A stretch of DNA of 64,000 bases. Origin: Epithemia pelagica. Its lineage: Eukaryota > Protista > Bacillariophyta. This document shows, one piece after another, positions 23,370-33,560 of the stretch. The notes under the pieces are model-generated. The model was not told the DNA's origin, did not search any database, and saw nothing but the letters and a program-made list of their open reading frames with translations. Each line of letters begins with the position of its first letter. The stretch's first letter is position 1. Location of the stretch: positions 2,294,001-2,358,000 of the forward strand of contig OX337236.1 in the NCBI GenBank assembly GCA_946965045.2, written 5' to 3'. Made by a program: the position numbers and the translations under genes.

Positions 23370-26206
23370 TCAAGTGTTGCTCTTCTTAGCATCCGCAAAA
23401 GCTTTCTTGTAAAAGGAAGACATTGCTGCACCTTTTCCATGCTCTCGAGGATCCGCGTGGCTAAAGGGGCATTGGTTTCCGTTTCGGCAGTATTTCAAGG
23501 TGAAGAGTTTGTTGCAAAATGGACGGTCTACACCTTCTGCTGTCATGTGTGGGATCTTCTCAAGGACGGATCGTGAAAAGACTCGAGAATACTGGAGTTC
23601 CGTCAGGATGCACCAATCAGACGGGGAGTCAAAGCGCACAATGGTGGGTGGAGAAGAACTGGGATCAGCAGAAGCCTTGGGCTTCTGCGAGTTTGAGGAA
23701 GAATTTGTCGAAGAGTTCTTGGGGGGGGGGGGGGGGGTCGTTCTGTCCTCGTGCTTTGGCTCTAATAGCTGACTCGATGAATTTTGGAAGCATCTTGCAG
23801 ATGTCTTCTTTGGACTCAATCTTGTCGCATAACTTGTTTATGTGCAAGTCCAGACGGTCGCTGCGAATATCTTCAACACATTTGGCATCTTCGAGGTATG
23901 TATCGATGAAGCGTTGGATGGCAAAATCAATGGAAAAGAGGACGCGGCATAAAAACGTTGGATCCACGGCTTGACTGCTTCGATAGATATATCGATTGGA
24001 AAGCAAGTGTTCTACCATCTTGTGGAGCTGCAACGCAACAAAACATTTGTTGTTCCAGATTGCACAGGCAAAAAGGTAGAAGGAACGAAGTTGAGTTTGA
24101 TATTCGTCACAGGTAAGTGGGCAAAACAGCTTTTCATTGACGAAGATGTCTCTCATATCTTTCGTCGACAATCCGTTATCACTCCGTAAAGAACTTTCAT
24201 AGATTGCATGCTGAATATCGTGATCGAGGGCAAGGTGCGAATCCGGCCCAGAGCAACAGTAAGGATCAAAAGAAAAAGGAGAAAAACCACTCGGGTGGTC
24301 GTTTCCTCGCCAACGCAAGCCAAATTTTTGCAAAACACCACACTGACCGAAGAGGATGTAGCAAGCATTGTCTGACTTTCGGAAAACTCGAGCATGAATC
24401 GTCGAGTATAAAGTGTGTGTACTCTTTTGGTGAAACAATTCAGTCGCGATCTCGGACGGAGAGGAAGGCAATTCGGCAGTCGAGGGACCGACTTGGCCGA
24501 AAACAGTCGCATTAAGAAGGTGAGTTGTATGCTTGAAGATTTCTTTCTTTTTGTCTTCCTTCTCACGGGTGATCTTCGAGGTATGCTTTGCGATTGCGTC
24601 GGAGAAATTCTCGGATAACTTCTCAGTCATATAAATGGTATCGGCCGAAACTCCGCCACCCGAATTTTGCTGCTGGAAAGGAGAAAAATTCGGAGGTTGA
24701 CCAGTAGGAGGAGCAACTGGGACGTTGGGGTTGATCGGTGGCAAGGGGACCTGAGATGGACTATGAGGAACTGTCGCCTTCAAGGAAGGAAAAAGTTTCG
24801 TCGAGTAAGCTTCAAAGGCTGTCGAAGCTTCGGCAGAGTTGGGTGGGACTTCGATAGCAATTGGTTCAGTGCGGGAACGCATATGATGGGCGAACCAAAG
24901 GAATCGAAACAGTTCGTGGCTGAATTTGATCAGCTCATGGTACATCGGAAAAGAGGTGCATTTCATCTGAAGCTCTTGTGGGGTCGAAATCATCCATCGT
25001 TTATTGAGGAACTTGAAGATGAGGGAGGCCAGAAAAGGTGCAGTGCAACGAGAAGAGCTCAGATCTTGGGAACCAAAGTGATCCAACAATAAACCCGAGA
25101 TGGAAGGGTGAAGAGGGAACAAGCCTTTCAAAGAAAAGGTAGTCGCAGCCTCATCCTTATCAGTCGTCGGTTTCTTGAGGTTACCAAAACGCAACAAATC
25201 GAACTTGAAAGATGGGAGAACGTTCTTGGAACGGGACTTGGATGTCGAAGATGCGTTCTCGTCAATGCAACAAGACTTGATGATTTCCTGGGCTGTTGGT
25301 ACATCGGGATGTTCGACTGTCAAAAGGAGTTCGTCGACATCTTCGGGGTCGATCCAAATAGGGGGAGAACCAAATTCTCGCTGCGAAAGCCCAAGGAAAA
25401 TCGGATCGGGGATTGACAAAGTTTCCAGTGTTCGGCGCAACAATCATATTGTGGACAATACGGATCTTGCCTCGACGATCAACTCCCAAAAAGGCAAGGG
25501 GAGTATAGCCTAGGTCGCATGTAAGGAAGCGTTGAAGTTTCTCAGCCGAAGAAACAGTCTCAAACTTCTCACAAAACTCGGTCCACGAGTTGGGGAACTT
25601 GTCCAAAGAGCGGTGAAAAGGGGATACAAAGGTATCGGACCAATCCACAGGTTCCATAGAGTCAACCAAATCAAGATGTTCTTGAGAGAACGGGATAGGG
25701 AGGCGAAAAAGGTCTGAAGGACGGGACAGGGCAGTCGGCGTCTTGGAGTTGTCTTCAGATCCGCGCTGGGGCTGCTGGCGAATGGAAGAGACCAAATCCT
25801 TCTTCGAAATCTTCTTCTGGGTCAAAGTGGACATAGAAGATTTCGTGGAAGTATAATTGGCCGGGGTAGTACCTTCATCGTCCTGATCGGGATTCGAAGA
25901 GGCTTTCGTCGTTTTCTTCGATGACTTCGTACTCTTGGACGAACGGGACTCGAGACTTCCGGAACTGTTCGAACGAGTGCGACGGCAGCTGTGGCCAGAG
26001 TCTTCGACAGAAGGAGGGTTACCATCGAGACTCAACAAATCGTCATCATCGTTCGTACCGTAATGGGCTTCAGGCTGGGAAGGCTGCGAGATAAACTGAG
26101 CCAAAGTAGCAGTCCCGTTGCCCTCAGTACCACCAGAATCAGAAGGAGAAACCGTGTCTTCCGTATTGGAAAACATCCCGTCATCAAAGGCAGTAGTAAC
26201 AGTCAT
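23370..26206 (-). pseudogene. Gag-like ORF1 of the Ngaro element with a C-terminal CCCH zinc finger
   Basis: Three overlapping ORFs (26206-25262, 25443-23665, 23819-23370) joinable by two frameshifts, one in a long homopolymer near 23730; C-x8-C-x5-C-x3-H (CNKLFTLKYCRNGNQCPFSH). Confidence 0.75.
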
Positions 26207-26222
26207 CGTAGATCCAAAGTTG

Positions 26223-26400
26223 TTTTTGATTGACTTAGTCTATCTATCTCTGTGTAGACCTCTCAAGATGGCAGTTGCAATGCTCGCAATCTCAAGAATT
26301 GTGAGCATGGACATCGCATCAGAGATGTCTAAGTCCGGTGGGGCTCGTCGTAGTCTATGTGCGATCAACTGCCCCGCTCCAACGTACGCACGACAGACAC
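26223..26400 (-). repeat. Ngaro 5' repeat A1 (178 bp)
   Basis: Near-identical to 18640-18817. Confidence 0.95.
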
Positions 26401-26505
26401 GACTCATGATTCATGATGTCGAAATCATAAATCATCGAATATCGAATGGGGGGATCTGGGATCTGGGGGGGGGGCGCAGTTCGGCCCGCTACTACAATAA
26501 CTTAA

Positions 26506-27103
26506 CCCTTTCAGCCCGGCACTTTTTTTGGCCCGGTCACTGACAAATTTGTCACCAAAAATACATACCAAAATTGCAATCCAATTAACAAAATGCCACG
26601 TGAGTTATGACCAACAACTCGTGATTCAAAAAATGATGATAATATCGTCATTTTCCAAATTTGTGATTTTGCAACGATCATATTTCAATGACCAATATGT
26701 TATAGGCCTACTGTTTGTCACATATGAAGCGTATTGTAATGTACTTTCGTACGATAGTCAGAACTTCGTATTTTGACGGCTGCTTGTTCTGAAATCGCCA
26801 ATTTCCCATTTTCATACAAAACCCCAAAAACCACTTCTCATCAACACCAATGGACAACCCGACTCTCTTCTCTCTTGTAGAGTCCATGGTCTCCTATGGT
26901 ATCACAAGATCAATGATCACTTTCAAACGAAGAGGAGGTGAGTCCTGGGCAAACACTCCCTATAGATTAGGCATACGTGGAGTGACGTGGATTGATACAC
27001 CCATAGAGTATTTTGACTTTTTTGTTAAGTAGTTTGTGCGGTCACTAAAAAAGTGAAATGACTGACATATTTGTCAAAAATTTGACTTGCCGGGCTGAAA
27101 GGG
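26506..27103. mobile_element. piggyBac-type MITE, 598 bp
   Basis: 16-bp TIR CCCTTTCAGCCCGGCA with TTAA on both sides (26502-26505, 27104-27107). Confidence 0.9.
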
Positions 27104-27544
27104 TTAAAGCTAATAGCCCGATAGCCCATAAAACGAGTACACAATAGACGATACAGCTGTATGATGGATGATGGATGCCCAATGCCCTACAAGCTGGTTC
27201 GAGACGAAACCTGCATGAGAGTATTAGTGTAAGAAAAACTTACAATAAAGTAGGACTACACTTAAGCCCACAGTACCCTAGCGTTCTGGTATGCCTTCGG
27301 GTTTTTCGGTTACGAGCTTGCCCTCACATTTTGTCACGCATTTCATTCAAAAAGCAAATATCGATAACGATTAGTGACCGCTTCCCATGACGATGGCCGT
27401 CGTAGGCCCTTCGACCCGACACCACCCCCCCAGACTTTTAGTATAGGTGTAATAGAACAATGCCAGAACGGTGGTGTCGGGTCAAGCGACCTACATCTAG
27501 CGTTATACCAGTAGTTAGTACTTAGTGCTTTACGACCATCCTCC

Positions 27545-28930
27545 ACTGAAACAACAGCACCAACCGAAGGAGAAGGAGAGAGTCGCCGTCATCCCCCCAA
27601 CCCTTGCAACAACCATCCTCCTCCTCCTCTGAAACAACAGCAGCACCACCCGAAGAAGAAAAAGAGAGTCGCCGTCATCCTACCAACCCCTGCAACAACC
27701 ATCATCATCGTCATCATCTGAAACAACAGCACCACCCGAAGAAGAAAAAGAGAGTCGCCGTCATCCCCCCAACCCTTGCAACAAACATCCTCCTCCTCCT
27801 CTTCCTCCTCTGAAACAACAGCACCACCCAAAGAAGAAGAAGAGAGTCGCCGTCATTCTCCCAACCCTTGCAACAACCATCATCATCGTCATCATCTGAA
27901 ACAACAGCACCGCCCAAAGAAGAAGAAGAGAGTCGCCGTCATCCTCCCAACCCTTGCAACAACCATCATCATCGTCATCATCTAGAACAACAGCACCAAC
28001 CGAAGAAGAAGAAGAGAGCCTCCCACCCTTGCAACAACCATCATCGTCATCATCTGAAACAACAGCACCGCCCGAAGAAGAAGAAGAGAGTCGCCGTCAT
28101 CCTCCCAACCCTTGCAACAACCATCATCATCGTCATCATCTGAAACAACAGCACCACCCGAAGAAGAAGAAGAGAGCCTCCCAACCCTTGCAACAACCAT
28201 CATCCTCATCATCTAAAACAACAGCACCACCCGAAGAAGAAGAAGAGAGTCGCCGTCATTCTCCCAATCCTTGGAACAACCATCACCATCGTCATCATCT
28301 GAAACAACAGCACCAACCGAAGGAGAAGGAGAGAGTCGCCGTCATCCCCCCAACCCTTGCAACAACCATCCTCCTCCTCCTCTGAAACAACAGCAGCACC
28401 ACCCGAAGAAGAAAAAGAGAGTCGCCGTCATCCTACCAACCCCTGCAACAACCATCATCATCGTCATCATCTGAAACAACAGCACCACCCGAAGAAGAAA
28501 AAGAGAGTCGCCGTCATCCCCCCAACCCTTGCAACAAACATCCTCCTCCTCCTCTTCCTCCTCTGAAACAACAGCACCACCCAAAGAAGAAGAAGAGAGT
28601 CGCCGTCATTCTCCCAACCCTTGCAACAACCATCATCATCGTCATCATCTGAAACAACAGCACCGCCCGAAGAAGAAGAAGAGAGTCGCCGTCATCCTCC
28701 CAACCCTTGCAACAACCATCATCACCATCATCATCCTCTGAAACAACAGCAGCCGAAGAAGAAGAAGAACGGTCGTCTTGAATCATTCTCGTCCATCCCC
28801 AGCAGCAGTAGCAGTAACCACAACCACCTATAGAACAACTGCAAGAGTCGCCATCTTCCTTCCAACCCTTGCAACAACCATCATCATCATCCTCTGAAGC
28901 AACAGCAGCCGAAGAAGAAGAAGAACTGTC
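27545..28930. repeat. Minisatellite of about 16 variable units (about 70-95 bp) with a 753-bp higher-order duplication
   Basis: Unit consensus TGAAACAACAGCACCACCCGAAGAAGAAGAAGAGAGTCGCCGTCATCCTCCCAACCCTTGCAACAACCATCATCATCGTCATCATC. Identical translations at 27589/28342 and 27604/28357 give the 753-bp offset. Confidence 0.9.
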
Positions 28931-28996
28931 GTCTTGAATCATTGTCGATCACCTCGTCTATCCTTTGTCCGTCTCGTTTGCTGTGCCATCAACACG

Positions 28997-30139
28997 ATGA
29001 AAGATCCTACATCAAACAAGCTTTTTGACAAGGTTCTCCAGGAATTCATGCATCGCATCACTCCAAGTGGCTTCCCATGGAAAGACAATTGGATCGTTGA
29101 TGAGCAGATTGTATTATTCTTGGCGCAATGGGTACCCGACCTAAAAAGTGCGAACGAGCTCAACCAAGCTCTGATGCGTTCAGCCTCATTGAAAATTTTA
29201 CTTCAGCAGAAGTCATACAACGAAAAGGGTGTCTATCGATTTCAATTTCGATGCCGTGGAGGAAGGAAGTGTTTCTATTTTGTCGCATCGAACGATGAAC
29301 CACCCAACTTCGAACATACTGCTGATGAGTGGAAGGCCTTTGCCTCCACGACATACTGTCGAGCAAGCGCACGGAACAGGAACAAACGGAAAAACCAAGC
29401 CACACCATCCAAAGATGATGATACCATTTCGACGTGTAGCGAAACAGTCCTCACTACACCAACAGATGCATCCAGTCACGTCGAACATGGCGACAGAGCA
29501 CCAAGCCCAGGAAGTCTATCAAACGAAAGTATCCCGGAGAACAACAGCAACAGTGATGGTATGAACAATGGTTCCAGCAATCAAACAAATTTCTCGTTTA
29601 TCCATGCAATGGATTTCTTTGAGAAGACAAGTGTCTGCAATCTCTTTGGTGGAAGACGAGGACATGGTGGTGAATTAACAAGAGACAAGTTGGAGCGATG
29701 GATCAAAAGCCTTCTCGAAGCTGAGAACTCGTATGACAAGATGATGCGTCTGGTGAACAAGGCAGACAAAGAACCTCCACCACGAGCCTAGATCCCAAAG
29801 ATCCTGACAAAAGCTCGTATGCTCCGACGGGCGTATCAGCTTGCACTGCAAACGATGAAGGCAGGTGCAACATGGGGTTCGTGCTGCGATACGGTAATCG
29901 CTGAGTTCAGACACACGAATGCTAACTTATCCCGTTTGCGCAATTCTCGGACACTGCAAGAATGGAATATACAGTTCCGAACGCGGGAAGGCTTTCCTCA
30001 TCCGAGCCCATATGTTGAGAGAGGCAGACGACCGTGCCCCTTCCTTTTTGAAATATTTCCTGAAGCCCTTAAAACCTTTCAAGATTGGGCAAGCAAGCGC
30101 CTTGAAGAACTGTCCTGTGAACTGGCGGCTGGCTACTTA
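28997..30139 (+). pseudogene. Truncated transposase-like ORF interrupted by a stop and by a Harbinger insertion
   Basis: Two same-frame ORFs separated by TAG at 29789-29791. Segment RTLQEWNIQFRTREGFPHPSPYVERGRRPCPFLFEIFP recalls, from memory, repeated diatom transposase-like proteins. The frame continues briefly after the insertion at 31807. Confidence 0.45.
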
Positions 30140-31803
30140 GGGCATGCGCAGCCGTTGGAACAGAATAGGAACAAATCTGCGTGACTCACGCAGTCCTATT
30201 CCCATATTGGACGTCTTGCACTTGTTTTTCGTACGTTGGAACAAATCTGTGCAGCCGTAAAAAACAGAAATGGAACACAAATGGAACAAAAAATAGAAGT
30301 TTTGGCGCGCCCACGACATTGGCTTGCGTGTAGCGGTTTGAAGTCACGCCCGTCATCCTGTCACAATGCTGACGCGCATGCACTATTATTATACTATCCG
30401 TCCGACTAGGTGTCCGCTTCTTAGCCCCCCAGCCGCTCTCCGCGACCAACCATTTTAATTTTGGTTTTTTTACGTTTTTGAAGAAAATTTCGGGTCAAAA
30501 TGAAAATGATCACGCCGGCCTTCTGGATCACCGTTTTGAAATTTTGTGAGCAGGCGTGCGCACTTTGACCGTTGGTCTTCCCCATTCTTGATTGTCGTCC
30601 CAAGTTGCGACCCACATTATTTTCACTACGCACCTTTTGACATGGATAATGGACATGCACCATCACAATGCATTCTCCATCATCTGCACACCATGGACAT
30701 TTGACATATAGACCATAGATAGTGTTTTGCTCTACCCCATCCTTTCTTTGTTTTTTCTAGGAGAAGTGTGGTTGTTTCTAGTGTTTGTGTCCGTTTAAAA
30801 GTGGACCCTCCTCCACAACACCGTGCCGTTGCCGTTGGCTTGTCTCTTTGCAACCACATACAGTCCTATTTTAGAATACGTCTCTTTCTAGTTGCGTTAT
30901 GGAGCATATAGAGTGTAGAGTCCCCTGCACTGCTGGGAAAGACAAGTCATGCTCATGGCAACAAAAAAAGAACAACAGGAGCAGGTCGACATCACAATCC
31001 ACTACAGACCCAAACTGAGCGACAGCAGAGGAAAAATGGATGGCTTCCTCCACTTATCCTACCTACTCCTAATTGAGGTCTATAGCTCTATTTTGTCCTA
31101 TAAGAATCCTACAAATGATGCCAGCAGCCCCACATGGCATCGACCAAAATGGATGTTACATGGCACAAACAAATGACACACTACGGCAACTGGCAACGTA
31201 GTGAGAGCCTACAACTAAACATTGTCCATTCCAATGCAAGTATTAGCCATTCCATAACTTACCATGATGGATGTGCAGAGACAAAGATGAGATGAGATGG
31301 CCAGGGACGAAGCATGCCGTTTTTGGTGTTGGTTTGGTCATTGCCTCGTTTTGTTGCCTGCATCGATTTTGTGACCCGTTAACTCACTGAGAACACTATT
31401 TTGAGTCTTGTTGAGCAGAACGCCTGCCATCTTCCAACTGTCACATCACGCCAGCCTTTCCACCGATGTGAAATTTCCATTCATTTTTTTGTCTGTGAGA
31501 TTGGGTTTGTCTTGCCCGAACAGACGAGCTAAGAAGCGGACATCTAGTCGGAGGGTTTTGATTGTACATATTATGGACAACTTGTCTACCTAGTGACTCA
31601 TGTTCCAAGTTCCAAGACTCGTTTGCTCCTGGAATAAAGTGATTCCAGATTCGTGAAATCTGTGCCTAAAAAAAGGAATAACTCAGATGTAAATTTGTTC
31701 CAGGTTTCTTCCAGGTTTGTTCTGCGCGCTGCAGAGCCATTTTCATGGAATAGCACAGATTTTTCGATTTGTTCCTATTCTATTCCAACGGCTGCGCATG
31801 CCC
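30140..31803. mobile_element. Non-autonomous PIF/Harbinger element, 1664 bp
   Basis: 38-bp TIR GGGCATGCGCAGCCGTTGGAA(C/T)AGAATAGGAACAAATC with a TTA TSD (30137-30139, 31804-31806). Confidence 0.85.
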
Positions 31804-32119
31804 TTACTTTCAATTGCCCCCTTGCCCTATTATTTCAGAGTTCAGCCTTCAGCCTTCAGCCTTCAGCCTTCAGCCTTCACTTTCACTCGTACGAGCTACG
31901 AGCTCGTACTCGTACGACTATCGACTATGAGCACACCCAGACCCCAGCAACTTCCGGTAATGGACTCAAAACGTAGGTAATCCTTCTACTACTCAGAGTA
32001 TCGTCACGATATAACATTTTTCATTATCACACAGTAATACCTCTTATATGATCATACTAGGTACAGATTATTTCAATATGAGGAAAACATCCAGAGTCAC
32101 GGATGCCGGAGGATTTGGT

Positions 32120-32424
32120 TAGAGGTTGGACCCGCACCGCGGTGCTGCGGATCGGATCCGCGAATCCGCGGTGCTGATCCCTGGAACCGCAACGAAAGAG
32201 ACTGGCGGGTCCGATCCGCGCTACTCGCACCTACGCACAGTAAAGGCGGGGTGCATCGATTTGGTGCTTTCGAGGTCTGACCACCCGTACGTCAAATTTG
32301 TGCAGAGTACATAAAATCCCATAGTTGTGCGGAACTGCGGAACACGCGGGTATTTGGAATCGCAAAGGCAGGGGTGCGCGGGTAGCCTACCCGCATCGAT
32401 TTGAGCTCGCGGGTCCAACCTCTA
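32120..32424. mobile_element. hAT-type MITE, 305 bp
   Basis: 16-bp TIR TAGAGGTTGGACCCGC and perfect 8-bp TSD GATTTGGT (32112-32119, 32425-32432). Confidence 0.9.
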
Positions 32425-32432
32425 GATTTGGT

Positions 32433-32870
32433 AGATGTCGGATGATGTCGGATGATGTCGGAGGGTGTCGGATGATGTCGGATGATGTCGGATGCTTTTA
32501 TCGCCAAAAGAATATGTACTCTCCAGCAGCTGGAATTCTTCATGAGAAATCACAAGGTTACAAGTCACTGATTGACGGTAGGCCCATCAACTGAAGGAGC
32601 ACCGCTGGATTTTGAGGCAAACCATGTTTGCGCGCGAGCCCGTGCGGATGATGTCGGATGTTTTTATCGCCAAAAGAATATGTACTCTCCAGCAGTTGGA
32701 ATTCTTCATGAGAAATCACAAGGTTACAAGTCACTGATAAACGGTAGGCCCATCAACTGAAGGAGCACCGCTGGATTTTGAGGCAAACCATGTTTGCGCG
32801 CGAGCCCGAAACGACATCAAACGACATCAAACAACATCAAACGACATACAAACGACATACCTTTCGACAT
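32433..32870. repeat. 10-bp arrays (GATGTCGGAT)n and (AAACGACATC)n in opposite orientation bracketing a 166-bp tandem duplication
   Basis: Direct reading; the duplicated unit recurs at a 166-bp offset (32501 vs 32667). Confidence 0.85.
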
Positions 32871-33560
32871 TCCCGTTTGTTCCATACTAGAGAATGGTAA
32901 ATCATATTCTATGGTAGCATAATACGTACTTTGTATTTATATCGATCCTTTGTTTCGGTTTCGTCCGTTGGGTATTGGGAATTGGGAGAGAATATGCGAC
33001 TCACGTGTAGTTACCGGAAGTTGCAGACACGAGAACGAGACTCAAGTACTCCTAGTAGAGGTAGTATTGTAGATAGTAGATAGGAGTAGAAGATAGGAGT
33101 ACAATAGATAGACCATCGCTTTTTGGTCAATTTTTCGTACTCTTTGATCGACAGAAATGCATGCCATAGCAGAGAGCAGAGCATGCAACGTGCAAGTGAA
33201 TCCCGCATCCCGCGCCCGCCAGTTCATAGTTCATAGAGTACCTACCTTTGGGAGGGGTGTTAGTTTCAAAAGGCAGCAATATGATTGGGTTAGAAATGTC
33301 GTTTCACAAAAAATCACTTAGGAAACAAATGTCGTTACAAGTGTCTTACCATGTCCCGGGAACCCATCGAATCACGGACAAAAAACATGCAGGGAAGATT
33401 CCATCAGCCGATCCGGTCGGTCCTTCACGGTCGCCCATGGCATGGCCAAGCCGACCATTGCGACAAGTCCTCTTCTGACCATCTCATGACCCTTTTGAGC
33501 ATGGTCAGAAGCCTGGAAAAGAGGATACACTTCAATAAGTTAGAATAACAAATAGAGATC

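Larger units (their letters stand above)
18477..26400 (-). mobile_element. Ngaro-type tyrosine-recombinase retrotransposon, full length (7.9 kb), degenerate
   Basis: Split direct repeats in A1-ORFs-B1-A2-B2 order on the minus strand; gag-like, RT/RNase H and YR ORFs; no TSD; no methyltransferase domain seen between RH and YR. Confidence 0.9.

Noticed and set aside
27545-28930. CRISPR-like array or real repeat protein
   Set aside because: Units are contiguous with no unique spacers, no cas genes are present, and every unit carries a stop so no long ORF exists.
31947-33024. 14-bp inverted repeat GCAACTTCCGGTAA / TTACCGGAAGTTGC as TIRs of a 1.1-kb element
   Set aside because: No TSD and no extension of the match on either side; could be a chance or regulatory motif.
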